Of a stretch of 64,000 nucleotides of DNA, positions 24,932-38,817 are shown piece after piece. Position numbers and translations under genes: made by a program. The notes below the pieces were generated by a model, which saw only the letters and a list, made by a program, of their open reading frames with translations, did no database searches and was not told where the DNA came from. The first letter of the stretch is position 1, and the number at the start of each line of letters is the position of its first letter. Source of the DNA: Lama glama (lineage: Eukaryota); contig CM052816.1 in assembly GCA_028534125.1 (NCBI GenBank), positions 55,740,001 through 55,804,000 on the forward strand. Direction: 5' to 3'.

Positions 24932-27900
24932 TTAGAATACAGCTCACTATATTTTTAGGAAAAGATTTTAAGGAAAAGTGCATTGTAAACCCTGCTTTTG
25001 TATGCAGTGTCTTGTACATAAGAGTAACACTATTTGCTAGTGTTCCATATAATTCTGTTACAATTCAGTAACTCTCTTATTACTTCTTTACTTACAACAC
25101 TTAAATCCTCTATTATTCACTAACAAACAACTTAAAAGGAGCTATTTCTTACCAGTTATATGAATTCAAGCATTTAAGATCAAATCAAATAAATACTTCA
25201 GCCCTTGATATTATCTGAGTGAAGGAGAACAAAGCAGAAACCAAAAATGAGAAATAACCATTCACATTTATTTTCTGATTGCCCTGACAAATGCATATAA
25301 GCATCCTCTTTATTCTCTACATTCTAGTTACGCAAGGTAAATACCAGACAATCTACTGTAAGTCATCTTGGTTTATAAAGCTCCTCAAGGGCAGGAGTCC
25401 ATTACATTTTTTCCATTCCATACAACAAAAGGCATGTCACTAGCAAAATGATGTTTAATAAACCTTCCTAATGTTGCTGTCACTGGAGGTCTTTTCCTAA
25501 ACTTTAGCCGCTACTAAAATAAAAATGCTGGAACAATACTATAAGACGATGCTGGCCAAAGTAGACTCACACAGCATTCAAACTTCCCAGCAGAACATTG
25601 GTTATTTTGATCTAATGACTACCCTGACTAGACTTCCCCACGTTGGCTGGCTAAATAATAAAAATAATAATTCTGATAATCTGATTTTTTTAAAATGTAA
25701 TATAATCATTGATCTCTAATATAGGAACTTGCACACCTTACCTGTTAAACTAAAATTAATGCTCACAATAAAGCATATTAATTATCCATAAAAATAAATT
25801 AAAATTCAGATTACAAAAGTAAGTCCACTGATTGACAGATTATCAAGAATTCAAATAATCTTACATTTGGGTAATAACTAAGAAAGTGATTCATTTATTG
25901 AAGAGAGAAAATAAAAAGGCAACAAATTAAGGAAGAGAAAGCATTAATCTATCTGAAGGGTTAGAAAAAAAAAAAATAAGAGTAGCTTTTAGGAACCAAG
26001 GCAATTACTAAGCGTCCCCTCTCACTGCATCACTCAGTCTTCTCTCTTCCCTACATCACAGCCACACCAGGCCAAACAGGTACCTGGTTTCCAAACCACA
26101 GGTCATAACCCTTCACTGGAGCAATTATCATAAAATCCAGTTTAAATGCTCCATTTTAAAATAAAATAGAAAAAAAATAGCTGTGGGTAAGACATGTGGT
26201 ATGGGTAGATATGTCCTGAAACATGTTTCATGAAACTATACATACGAGTGTGTAGTGGCTTTCAACAAAACATGTATTTCTTACTGTCTCAATTTTAAAA
26301 GGCTGAGATGTGGGAATGTGGCATGCATCTGCCCGTGTTCATTCACGCCTTTTCAACCTTCCTCCTGGAGTCTTATTCCTCATTTCATTCTTCAGTGCCT
26401 TGCACTCATATATAGCAGTTGCTCAACAAATACCCACTTAATTAAAAATAAATTCTTAAGCTATGGTAGCATGCATTTTATTGACATGTCTTGAAACAGA
26501 CCTAAACATGACTTTTAAGTCACTAGGTTATGGATATAACTCCCCTTCCTTTGAGAGAACATATTAAAGGGGGATAGGGTGGGACAGAGAGGCCATATTT
26601 TCTATACTATCCTGGAAAATGAACAACAACAAAAATACTTTTTATTAAATTAGCAGGGACTTGGACTTAAAGTATCAGAGTATTAATCATATCTCAGATT
26701 TGAAACCTACTTCATTTCAATTAAAAGCCTCCTAAGTGCCTAGATTTTCATGATGGTCTTCTATCATATAACTTTCTTATATTTAAAAACAAAATATGAA
26801 ACCCTATAAACTAGTCTAAAGGATCAACTAGCATCAATATTACAGAAAATGAATTAACTAAAAACATTTCAAAACTAGGTCAAAATTTCTAACACTTCTT
26901 CCCCAACAAGCCTTCAACTTAGAATATTCCCTTATCCAGTCAATGAATTCTTCACTATTAAAAGTTAATTTGGTAGAATTAAAAATCTAAGCTGCTAGCA
27001 GGAAGGCACCCCAATTTGATCATAAATTTGTTTAGCATTATTAACCCATAATTATATAATAGGGACATTATGTTTTCCCTCAAAAGCTTCATGGTAGCAT
27101 TGTCAATTCTGGGGCATTTCTTTCCTAGGTGTAAAGTCACCCTTGCAACATTCAGGTAAAGATTTACATACGATCCTGTGAACCATTCCCAAACACTAAG
27201 AACATCTATTTGGAAATACAAAATAAGTAACCAAATGTACAAAGGTGTGTCGAAAGTAACCATAATTGCATACAATCTCATTTCTTATGAGCATCTTCCC
27301 CATTTCTTTGTGATTATTCATAGCATTTAAATGCCACAGAATCCAATCTTCCAACTTCCTCAGCAATTACAAGTGGCACTAGGAGGCTACCGGACAACTT
27401 ACGCAAATTCAAAGGACAGTATTTAGACCACACTGCAATAAAAATAAATTTTAGCTTAAAAAAATCAAGTTAAATAGGCAATGTATGCCTTGCTTATTCA
27501 GACTGAAGTGTGTTGTAACATTTCAAAGACTTTTCAAAAAAATGGATAATTTAAATTAAATGGAATCCTCAAACTCTAATCCAGTATGCTAAAAACCACC
27601 TATTATGGCCAATTTCAGAAAAGGATGCTTTGGCATCTTACTCTAATTCTTCCCTCCTAGTCAGCACTCTTCCTGGGCTACACATTTCCGTATTTGATTA
27701 TACACTATCTAACACTGCTCTCAAATTAATTACTGTGTACATTTTGTTTCTTTGAAGGCAAGAACCATATCTTATACTGAGTCATTTTTAATTCCAACAG
27801 GATCTAGCATTCTGCTGCTCAACCTAATAATCCTAGAAAAAAAAAATTCTCCCTGGAAATCAGGATTTCTGGATTCTACACCCAGTTCTATGACATAGCA

Positions 27901-27967
27901 CCTCTTTGTAAGTCATGTATCTTTTTATTCACTTACATAGCCAGAGCCCCAAAGTTCTCTGGGAGTA

Positions 27968-28051
27968 TCAACTGAACCATATGAAACTGCTATTTTTGTA
28001 GGGGGAAAATGATCAAATTTCAAATATCAGGAATTTCACATCCTCAACCTA
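27968..28051. mobile_element. MADE2-like mariner MITE in HMGCR intron 1
   Basis: ~80-bp degenerate palindrome TGAACCATATGAAA...AATTTCACATCCTCAACCTAA. Confidence 0.7.
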
Positions 28052-29429
28052 AATAAATACTGATCAGATGTGGTTATCTATCCACCGTCTAGAAGCTAGA
28101 TCATACAAGAATAAAAAGAGCACACACGCACACACAAGAACACACACTTCATCTGGAAATGCTCACGCCACACACACGTTTCGTATGTTAATGATACAAT
28201 CTCTACACATTTTTTTAACCTTCATATTACTAACTCTCATTTGTCTTTACTGCCAAGTTTATCATAAATTCTGTAAAGACACTACCACAAAATCCACTCA
28301 GTCTATCCCCAAAGTACACTCCAGGTCTTTGCTAGATTACCTCTAAGTCACAAAATGTCTTTCACTGCATGGAGAGAACAATAAATTCACAGCAAACAAA
28401 AAATGCATTCTCTACATTGTGTGATGCGGAACTTATACATTATTATTTAGTATGGCCCGGAAATAAATGTTTCCCATGACTTTTCAGGACCTAGTCTAAG
28501 GCATGTCCTCAAATCCTGAAGAATTTCAAACGACCATGTAAGTACATCAAGCTCCTCCTACCGCAGAAATTGTTCTATTTTTTGAACCTCCAAGGTACCG
28601 TTTTCCTAACCAAAACTAAATAATTCTGAACAACCTACAAAGTTTGGACAAAAGGACATCGGCACCAAGGAGGCTACGACCCTTGCAAAGAAAAAAAAAA
28701 AAAAAGAATCCTTTACGTTGTCGGGAGAATCTCTACATTGGGCTCTGCATCCTCTCAGTCCATTTCTCCTGGAAGTAATCGAATGCATCTATGCAGATCC
28801 ACGGATCTTTTAGGCTCTGAGCCAGTCAGCAGCATTTATGGAGATCTTCCCATCACTTTTAAGAAAGGTGCTGACGAACAGCAGAGCCTGGGCGTGTACC
28901 CAGTGCGAACAGCACAGCCCAGGCGTGAACGCCTGCACCTGATAGATCTTCTCGCGTCCTCTCCCCGAGCTGCGGTCCGGACTGTCCCCCAACGCCCCAG
29001 CATTTCTCGAATCAAGGGGACTCTGAGGTCACCCTGCCCGGCACCCTTTCCGCCCCGACGATCGTAACTGCGCGGCCAGCACCGTCGACTTCGGACAGGG
29101 CCAGCGAACGCGGCAACGCCCCGCCGGTCCACCGATATTGACCGCAGCCCCAAAGAAGCCGGCCCTCCATCCGCCCCTCGGGCCCAGCCTGGCCCGCGGG
29201 CTCTCGGCATAGGTGCGGGCCGCCTGTCGGCCCGCGGCGCCTCAAGGACGTCTCCTCGCAGTCCGAGCAGGATCGGGCGCCACCCCGGGCAAAGCCGCCA
29301 GCGCAGCACCCCCGGGTCGGCAGGAAGTGCCGGCTGCCCCTTCCCAAGCCGGGCAGAGTTCGAGAACCGCCACCAACACGGCCCTAATCCGCTCCCACTC
29401 ACCGCCGTCCAGACCACCGCCCTCCTCAC

Positions 29430-29550
29430 CTCCAGATCTCAATAGAGGCCACCGACCCCCGGAGCCGGCGCTCCGCCCGTCTCCAGTCAACGGAGACGCG
29501 GAGCGGAAGGAACCTTCGCTGTACGCACGCTCGGAGCCCGGCGAGATTGT
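29430..29550 (-). other. HMGCR: HMGCR non-coding exon 1 (5' UTR; TSS approximate)
   Basis: Ends GGTGGCCTCTATTGAGATCTGGAG|gtgagg, matching the recalled mammalian HMGCR exon 1 end; lies in a CpG island. Confidence 0.9.
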
Positions 29551-29770
29551 GACCAATAAGGAAGGATCGTCCGATCGTCTAGCCAATCAGCTGGGGGTTG
29601 CTCGGCCTGACGGCCCTACGTCATGAACGGTCGCCCTAACAACCGCCCACAGCTCTCACCGGTGCGGAGAACAGGCACCGCACCATCTCTCACCATGGTT
29701 CCGCCAACCAATAGCTAGTCGAGCCCCAGCACTGGCGCCTGCCTATTGGTCAGAGAGCCGTGGGGGTGCA
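29550..29770 (-). promoter_or_regulatory. HMGCR: HMGCR proximal promoter: SRE, CRE, CCAAT/NF-Y boxes, GC box
   Basis: SRE GTGCGGTG within GGTGAGAGATGGTGCGGTG (29676-29683); CRE TGACGTAG (29616-29623); CCAAT at 29553, 29583, 29708 and ATTGG at 29745; CCGCCC at 29643; TTATT element at ~29555-29559 on the minus strand. Confidence 0.9.
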
Positions 29771-30964
29771 CGCATGGAAGCCGCCTAGGCGAAGACGATA
29801 GGGGATCTGGCGGGTGGGGTGTCCTACAGCCCAGGACCTGACCTCTGGTCTTCCTGGCTGTGAGAATCCTATGGGAAGACATAGTTGGAAGGGGAATTGC
29901 AGCGTGACGGTAAACGCAGGGTCAGGTCGAGGATAGAAAGCTCAGTTACTTAGTGCAGATAGGTAGAGGGAAGTGGAGGTGGCCCTGAAAAACAGGGATA
30001 TAAAAAAGAGAAGGTGGCAGCGAGGTGCAACCCAGATCTCAAGCTGACCCATATCCGAAACAGACACTTTCCTGTGATTTACCCATTTGTGTAAGTAGTG
30101 TAAGTGACTCCGGTCATAGGGTCTTTCCCTCTCTCCCTCCAGTACGAGGCACTAGTCACAGACTGGATTCTCTGTGAAATGTGCCTCCCTTGTCTGCTTA
30201 CTCTCTGCCCCCTCCCTGCTATAGGCCTTTATTATCTCTGGCCTGAAATAATGCAAGAGCCTCTCCTAACTGATCTCTCCACTCAGGCGTTTCCACCTTC
30301 CAATCATATTATTCCATAGGCCTGCCCCTAAATCGTCAGGAGTTGCTTTGCCCATTGTCTGTTGGGTTAAAGAACCTGGCAACCCTAAAATGGCCCCACC
30401 CCACATTTCTTGCCTATCTCTCACTACTTCTTGTACATTTCAGCCAAAAGAGTGACCTTTTCTCTGTCACTCAGTACCTTTTTACCTCCCTGTTTAGGTT
30501 CTCTTTGTTTAATCTGGGTATGCCTGCCCATTTGAATTGTTGAAATCCTATCTCTCCTTCAAGGACCATTTCATATGTTACCCTTTCCCCCTAATTCTCT
30601 CAAATACACGTCATCTCTCCCAACTTGAAACACCCATAACATTTCTATATTTGTGACTTGTCTTATCTTACCAAGTGGAAATTTGTAAGAGCAAGAATGG
30701 CAATCCACTCAAACTTTAAAGTCTTGTATTTTGAAATGCAGTCTCTGAAACATACTATACACTTAGTAGAAGTCTTAATAAACCATTATCTTGCTAAACT
30801 CTCATAATACTTATAAAGTGGATACTATTTCCATTTACAAGGAAAAATGAATTCATTAAGCAACTTGCTGTAGATCACATAGATAGTAATTAGGAAAACG
30901 GGTTTGAAGCCAGATCTAAACATTATACTGGCTCTATTATACTTAATGCTTCAGTATAGGACCT

Positions 30965-31095
30965 TTATTCATATCTCTCAACCAAATACTTTTGCAATGC
31001 CCATTATGTGCAGTGCACCTTGGTTGGCACTGAGGATATAATGGCAAGCCTGACAGACATGGAAGCTGCCTTTAAGAACCTTGAGCCTTACATCC
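30965..31095 (-). mobile_element. L2 3' end fragment
   Basis: CAACCAAATACTTTTGCAATGCCCATTATGTGCAG...GGCACTGAGGATATA. Confidence 0.6.
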
Positions 31096-31874
31096 CTTCA
31101 CAGAAGAGATGATTGTTAAATACTTGTTAAATTAATTATAATGGAAGGAAAGAGTTTCCAGTGTGAAGAAGACTGAAATGAACTAATAACCAAAGAGTGC
31201 AATATTCTAAGTCTCATCAAAAGTAAGAAGACGAAGAAAGAAAGACTTGTAAGTACTAAGAGCTTGGAAACTTTGTCACATTTTTTTATATCCCTAGAAG
31301 TCTAAAGGGCCAGAATTATGTCATACTATATAAATACTTAGTAATATAAATTTAAATAAGGATTATTCAGGTGTTTCAACAAAAGGTTTCAGACCAAGAT
31401 TTGGAAACTTTTATTCCCAAACTCTGCTTAATTAAGAACTCTAGTAAGATTATGAGTTCAAAAGCAAGGAATAAAGAAACTCTAATGGCCTAGTTTTCAG
31501 TTCTTAAAACAACTTCTATATGATTCCCCAAATATATTTCAAAAGAATCTTTATTGCACTTAACTTGTACTTAATAATAAGTCACAAAAATTGGCATGGA
31601 CACGACATAGAAAAGGAAAGTGGGGTGTGGAGTCGAGAGAATCCATGTGCCTTCTTTTGTGGGCTCAGAGCAAAGAGTTTATACAAGTATAATTTTAAGA
31701 GCCTCTTTTAAAGTAGTGAATGGTTTACATTGCCACCTTTAGTCACATAGCCCTTAGCATCCATTTATGTAAATATTTTAGACTGCCAACCGTCACTTTT
31801 CCTTCTTCTTGTTGTCATGGGTCATGCTTTAGGATGAGGAATTATAATAAGAAAAACAATAACAACAATAATAA

Positions 31875-32110
31875 AATTTCGTATAGCTCTTTCTATGTAC
31901 TAGCAACTTTTCTAGGGTGTTTTCTTTATATCAACTCTTAATTCTCCTAACAGCCCTACTAGGAAAACATTAGTAGAACTTGCATTTTACAAATGATGAA
32001 GCTACAGAAACAGAGAAGTTAAATAGTCTGCCTAGGATCACACAGCTTAGAAACGGCAGAGCTGGAATATGAACTTTGAAATCCTAAGCACTTGCTCCAA
32101 ACTACTCCAC
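31875..32110 (-). mobile_element. MIR SINE
   Basis: CATTTTACAAATGATGAAGC...AGAGAAGTTAAATAGTCTGCCTAGGATCACACAGC. Confidence 0.75.
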
Positions 32111-33669
32111 TGTGTTAACATATAGTGATTGTTGAGGCTTCCCATGATCCATCGCCAAAGACATTCCATAATATCAACAAAGGGTTTTAATTATTTATTT
32201 CCCATTTGCGGTTCCCAATGGTGTTCAAATTTGTACCTTTCAGCCTTGGATAATTTTCTCTCTCTTTGCCTTACACTTTTTTTTTTTTTCTGATTTCAGG
32301 TTTTTTTTTTTTAATTAGTACGTTGCAAGTGATAACAGATCACTTAGCTTTTGTCAGATATTGTGATTAATTATCACTCCTGCCCAGGGTCAAGAAATAC
32401 TCACTGAGGAGCTGCCCTAAGCTAGGCAAAGGGCTAGGCACTCAAGGTACAGGGTTAAATAAGGATGACAGATGGATCCTTCTAGATAATACAGTAAGTG
32501 TTCTGAGTGAGGAATGCAAAGGGTCCACTGAGATAAGAAGTGGGGCATGGAGCTGGGATGCAATGTGTCTTGAACAAGGGAAGGAAGTAGTTTAAAGGAA
32601 GGCTACTGCAGGCACTCGGGCCAGGGTCGTGAGTGTAAGAATGGGGGCAACATAGATACAGGAGAACATTTAATTAGGCAGAAGTCTTAAAGTTCTGGAA
32701 GATATGAGAGATTTACAAGGTGAGGAAGTCACCAGCAAGCTGGCAGAAGATCTCAGGTTTCTCCTGTGACACATCACACAGGCTGAAAAATCTCGCTACT
32801 CCTCTCCTTTGTGCTATTTTTCTTCAGTAGCAAAACTTAAAATTCTGCCTCTTGTTTGTTCCTGAAACTTTCTAAACTGAAATCGATAGCTGGAGCCTCT
32901 CTGGAAGTTAGGGGCAAAGGTCTCTACAGGTGAGGGGCCCGCAGTGAAAGATTTCTTCCGTCCCCTGCTTTCACTGTTTGACTGTTTTTGTTTGTTTTCT
33001 TTTCAGTTCGCAGTCCTCTCTGTAGGCCTTTCCCGAGCTTTATAGAATTCAGTTGGGGAGTAGGTATGAGCTGTATTGGAATACGTTTTTTTTTTTTCTT
33101 TTAAAGGAATTTTTTCTCCTCCGGAAAAAAAATATTCATGCAACAGAGATACAGTGTATCCATAATGAGTAATAAGCATCCATCCCTGAGATCTTAGGGA
33201 TTCTTGGCTAAGGTGACTGGTTCCCAGAAGAGTCCATGAAAGACTAAGAAAAGGGGGGAAGAAGAAGAACACATTTTGACCAAGTATGAGCACTACTTTG
33301 TCTCCTCCAATAACAAACCCAGTCCTGGTCTCAGTTGTAAAGTGTGGAGCAGGCCATTTACTAGAAAAGCTGTATCCAGCTCAGTTGTCAAGGCCCCAAT
33401 ATCTTCCTCCTGCTCACCTTCATTCTCTGAGTCTCAACCTCTCCCTTTAGCTTTGTATTAGTTCCCAGTTGAGAGAGACCAGAAGGAAATTATAATGTGG
33501 GATAAAAACAGGCATGAAGGAAAATGGCCCAGCGGGACTCTCCTCAGCTTTTCTGAGCAATTCCATTGAAAGAGAAGCCAAGAATAATTGCCCAGGCCTG
33601 CAAACAGGAGGCGATCTTTTAGTATGACATTACCGTCAGCCACAGGGAAAAGTGGCCCAGTGTACAGCA

Positions 33670-34150
33670 CCCTAACTACATCTGCTACAAATTGCTATGA
33701 ATTTGGCTACAAGTAACCAAGAACCTAAACTAGAAGCAGCTTCAACAAGATAAGCATTTCCTTCTTTCTTGGGTAAAGGAAATAGGTGATCTAGGATGAA
33801 CATGGAAGCCCAAGATGCTTTCAGGAACTCTCTGTCTCTCTGCTTCATAATCTTCAGCATGTATTTTCCATCCTACATCCTATACAAGGGTCATCCTGTG
33901 GTCCAAGACGGCAGCTGGAGCTCCTGTTGTCATGCATGCATTTCAGTCTTTCCAGAAGGAGCAAAATAATAACAAAGGGTCTTCTCCAGCTGAGTTAGCT
34001 CCCTTTTCACAGTTTATTTTTTTTAATTTTTAATTTTTTTCCATTTTCACAGTTCGTATCTCAGTGGCCAGAAATACAGGCCATACCTAGCAACAAGGGA
34101 GCTGGAGAATGGAATCTTTATTTTCAGCAACAATGTGCCGAGCTCAAAAC
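33670..34150. mobile_element. Degenerate MaLR (MLT1-type) LTR
   Basis: GGCTACAAGTAACCAAGAACC...CAAGACGGCAGCTGGAGCTCC...AAGGGAGCTGGAGAATGG motifs. Confidence 0.55.
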
Positions 34151-34236
34151 TGAAGAAAGTCTCCCAACTCTAAATCTTCTGTGTTATCCTCATGTTGGGT
34201 GAGCACAAAGTAAGTACCCAATATAGTTGCTGATCA

Positions 34237-34317
34237 TTTTTTTTTAAATTGAAATATAGTCAGTTTACATTGTTCTGTTAATTTCTGGTGTACAGCACAA
34301 TGATTCAGTTATACATA

Positions 34318-34358
<41 letters not shown>

Positions 34359-35052
34359 TTGTTTTCATATTCTTTTTCATTATAGGATATTACAAGGTTT
34401 TGAATATAGTTCCCTGTGCTATACAGTGGGATCTTGCTATTTATCTATTTTGTATATAGTAGTGTGTATCTGCAAATCCTGAACTGCCAACTTATCCCTC
34501 TGTATCCCCTCTTTCCTTCCCAGTAACCATAAGTTTATTACCTATGTCTGTGAGTCTGTTTCTGTTTTGTAAATAAGTTCATTTGTGTCATTTTTTTTAG
34601 ATCCCACATATAAGTGATATCATATGGTGTTTTTCTTTCTCGTTCTGATTTACTTCACTTAGAATGACAGTCTCCAGGTCCATCCATGTTGCTGCAAATG
34701 GCATTATTTTATTATTTTTTATGGCTGAGTAGTATTCCATTGTATAAATATACCACAAGTTCTTTATCCACAGGTCATCTGTTGATGGACATTTAGGTTG
34801 TTTCCATGTCTTGGCTATTGTATATAGTGCTACTATGAATATTGGTGTGCCTGTATCTTTTCAAATTCGAGTTTCCTCTGGATATATGCTCAGTAGTGGG
34901 ATTATTGGATTATATGGTAAGTCTATTTTTAGTTTTTAGGAACTATTTTCCATAATGGCTGCATCAAACTACATTCCCACCAGCAGTGTAGGATTCCCTT
35001 TTCCCCATACCCTCTCCAGCATTTATTGTTGGTGGACTTTTTAATGATGGCC
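34237..35052 (-). mobile_element. 5'-truncated L1 (3' UTR and end of ORF2) containing (TG)15
   Basis: Poly(T) start; TCCATCCATGTTGCTGCAAATGGC and CATTCCCACCAGCAGTGTAGG L1 motifs; degenerate TSD AGTTGCTGATCA / AGTTGCCAATCA. Confidence 0.92.
34322..34351 (+). repeat. (TG)15 microsatellite
   Basis: Read directly from the sequence. Confidence 0.95.
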
Positions 35053-38000
35053 AGTTGCCAATCACTTAAAAACAGGAAACAATTTAACTATCAAGATTTT
35101 AGGGGCATAGGAAAGGATACACCTAAGATCAAAGATCTGTTGTTTTATAAACATTAGCTTGAAATATGAATGGAATTCTCATTAACACCTGGATTTGACT
35201 TTCAGCTAAATTCATCAAAAATATATAATGTTATAAATGGTCTAACAAAAAGAAGTAATCTGGAAACCTCTTTTTAGAATATAGAGCCTCTGTGGTCTTA
35301 TTCATTGCTCTGTTCCCAATACCCATAACACTGAATGAATGAATGAGTTATGGCAACTTTCAACCAGTTTGTGGTCTGGATTTCTCTGCTTTGTCCCTTG
35401 CATTTCTTAATACCTAGTATGATCTGCATGCTTTTTTTTTTAACCACAATGGCTACTTCTTACTCTGTAATGTACTAACCTCTGTTCTCAAGAAAGGTGT
35501 TGCAAAGGTCTCTGTGCCTCTTCCAAAAAGATAGGCTGTTTATGTTCCTCAAGAGAGAACGTAAAACATCTGCAAAGACTCTGCTCAATGCCTCTCTGTT
35601 CAAACTCCCACTTGCTTATTCTTTTGAAATACATGTTATATAATACAAATAGTTTAGGAAGAAATTTGACCCATGTAGACCAAAGGAAATTGAGATAATT
35701 ATGATTGATGTCACCATAGGCTAATAATTTTTACCCCAAGGAAGGTAATAAAATCAGCCAGATGGCCCCTCTCCTTACCCAGTCCTTTAGTGAACCAGTT
35801 GCCCTGGAAACTCTCTAGCAGCTTGGCTGTAGGCTGTGGACAAAGCCCTAGGTTTCTCCTCCATTTCCCATGAGAGGAACCATCTTTATTTCAGAATCTG
35901 GGACTGGTGATCACCAGATAATCTCAGTTTTGGTGAAGATCTCAAAGCACAGATGGTAATATCTGACCATTGCGTGATGTATTTAATAGGGAATAAAGTG
36001 AAAGGGAAACCATTTGGTCTCTGCCTTTAGGTACCCTTCTCATTCCAATAAAAAGAAAGAGTTAAAAGTATAGTCTGGTACAGAGAAGGAAGGCATTCTG
36101 TTTTGGGCAGGCCTTAAGTATAGCAAAAGCCCTCCTTTCCACTCTCTCCCTGCAGTTATGATAGACCCACTTCTCTCTGTACACTGTTCTTTCCAGGCAG
36201 GTCCAACTGAATCTAAAACTTCAACCTGCTTTTTCAGTTGATCCTATTCCTCCTTTACCTAGGGTAGGACTGTCTTGGTTTGAGTCCCCCCAAGGCAAAG
36301 ACTGGGTCAGAAACTAGGGTGCAATAGCTTATTTGGGGATGACCCCAGGAGGTCAGAACAATATGGACAAAGGAAAGGTCAGTATCCAGCTAGTCACCAT
36401 GTGGGTAACTGGGGCTCAGTTCTGCTGGGGACCCCCTTAAGGTTGGCAGGGAGAGAGGGGAAGGTGAGATCATTGACCCTCCCCTCTTTGGTTGAGAAGT
36501 GCCTACTGGGGCACACCTCAGTTGGGTGTGTGCGGGGCTGAGATACTGAGGCTTTGGAAAAAGTCTTGAGGCAATAAAGTTGAAAGACTTGATGTTGGGC
36601 ACTTGAAGAGGGAGGCCTTCAGCCTACCAGGAACTGCAGCTGAAGATGACATACCCACAGCTGACGATGACACACGAGCAGGAGATGTGGCAAGAGGTGC
36701 CATGTCTGCTGTGAGCACTGCATTATGGGTCACCATACCAGCCTCTTCATGCCTTTCACTTTCCTACTGGGCCTCTTTTGCCTACAAGCCCCAAGCTGGC
36801 CCTGTTCCCCCCGAAGCTGTTGTAATTCCTTCCTAATGCCTGGGCAGGAGTATTTCATTCACAGACCATATTCTGAAAGCCTCTTGTTTCTTCAGCTTAG
36901 TTGTCCTTGGCCTCTGAGTAGGCCTGGTCTCCCTAACTGGTAGATGTCAACATCTTTAAGCTTGCAAGTACTCTAGCTTACACATGGAAAGTGACCGATA
37001 TATGTTTGTTGATGATTCTAATACTAGTGAAACTCTGACTCTGATCATAAATACTGTTAAACTGGAAATTAAAGTCAAGTGAAGTCAACAACCATTTCTG
37101 GCACTGAGTATTTCAAAGAAAGGACAAGAAGGCTGATGGATGGTTAAGTAGGAATTCACGAAGCTTCTGCATACCGTTGGGGTTACTGTGATTCCAATAT
37201 CTAAAAATCTCATCTTTGTTGGATAGAGGAAGCATATTATTTTGGGGAGTTATTTTCTAAAATCAGTGCAAAACCCGGAACTCCAGCAGGATCTCAAGGC
37301 TTTTAAAATTTTTTTTAACCATGTGGGGAGAGAAAATGTCAGAGTCAAAAATACCCTTGAAATCTCATTATATTTCTTAAAATATAGGGCACATATTTTG
37401 TTTGTTGCAGATTTGACAGAAATTCTTATGCACACCAGGTTTGACACCCCTGACTCTTGGAAGAGTTTATCTATATAGGGAAGCATTTCAACCTTTCTGC
37501 CTGTAAGATTGACTATGGGTTGCTAAAATAAGTGGGAAATGGTAATATGTTCCTGCTGGCCTGCAGGGTTGCTCTAATCTGTGTCGGTTATATTTTTTAA
37601 TTGCTGTTAGATTTGAGATGTGCTTCTTGTTATGAGCATTAACCCATTATTTGAGATGTATTTTGCACATGTTTTCTTCCAGTTTGTCTTTTGACTTTGC
37701 TTATGGTGCCTTTTGCCATGCAAAAGTGTTTGTTTGTTTGTGTTTTGAATGTAGTCTTTTCCTTTATTGTATCTGGATTTTAAATTGTAGTTCAAAAGCC
37801 TTGCCCCACAACCAGGTTATAAGAATTCTTTTAGTACTTGTTGGTACAGACAAGGGGCAGGTCATGGAGAGTAAGCCTGACGACTGAGGGATTATCCCTG
37901 GGGATGCTGGGGCAAAGGGACAGCGTGGTTTAGTGTAGGCAAGTATAAATAACATAAACATTTAAACAACCTGGTATGTGATCATTGGTCATATGTTGTC

Positions 38001-38130
38001 AGATCCAGAAACTCAAAGAAGACAACTGCCTTTAAATAGGATAATTGTGGATGCTAGCAAATAGAAATGTCTTGATGTCCACTTTCAGAAATTTAACAGG
38101 TGGTGAGTTAAGTTTGTTAGTTTTGTTTTG

Positions 38131-38817
38131 TGTAGGATAGCATGATATAATAAATAAATATTTGGCCTTTGTCCGTGGTTCCTGGCATTCAGCTACTAAA
38201 AACTTTGGAATCTGCTGTGTGATGAGATTGTCTTTTGTATACGAATGAGATGACTAGTGGCTAGGGTGCCTACATGGTAGCAAGATGAGGGCTAGTCACC
38301 AAAAAGACCAAGGCATGATGAGAGGGTTGGAATTTTCACCTCAACCCCCATGCCCCATCCTTCCCCACCCCCTCCCACCCTGGGGTGTGGGGGAGAGGGG
38401 CTAGAGATTGGGCTAATCACCGATGGCCAAATGATTTAATCAATCGTATCTATGTAATGAGACCTCCATAAAAATCCCTAAATGGTGGGTTCAGAGAGCT
38501 TCCAGGTTGCTGAGTACATCGCTGTACTGGGAAGATGTTGCATCCAGAGAGGATATGGGAGCTCTGTGCCCTTCCCCCTGTGCGTGCCCTATGCATCTCT
38601 TCCGTTGGGCTATTCCTGAGTTGTATCCTTTATAATACACTGAGAAATGTAAGCATTTTCCTGAGTTCTGTGAGGCATTCTAGTGAATTATTGGACCTGA
38701 GGAAGAGTTTATGGGAACCCTGAATTGCAGGACAGCCAGCTGGTGTAGGAGCGTTGAAGAAACAGTGTTGGAATAGACACCAGGCATTCAGTGTCAGAAG
38801 TGGTGTGGGTAAACACA
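38131..38817 (+). mobile_element. MER21-like ERVL solo LTR
   Basis: TGATATAATAAATAAATATTTGGCCTTTGTCCGTGGTTCCTGGC...CTATTCCTGAGTTGTATCCTTTATAATA...GTGTCAGAAGTG; homologous to 53422-54316. Confidence 0.8.

Larger units (their letters stand above)
28890..29830. promoter_or_regulatory. CpG island over HMGCR promoter, exon 1 and start of intron 1
   Basis: Visibly high GC and CpG density compared with AT-rich flanks. Confidence 0.9.

Noticed and set aside
28335..28375. Possible alternative first exon in intron 1 (ATGCAG...TTAGAG|GTAATC on the minus strand)
   Set aside because: The ATG is followed by a stop after two codons, and I cannot establish orthology to the human alternative exon 1 from sequence alone.
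28738..29626. Several long overlapping ORFs (109-197 aa) around exon 1
   Set aside because: Expected from stop-codon scarcity in a GC-rich CpG island; Arg/Gly/Pro-rich with no recognisable homology.
38344..38400. C-tract followed by G-tract (hairpin/G4-like)
   Set aside because: Low-complexity expansion inside the MER21-like LTR; pairing is imperfect.
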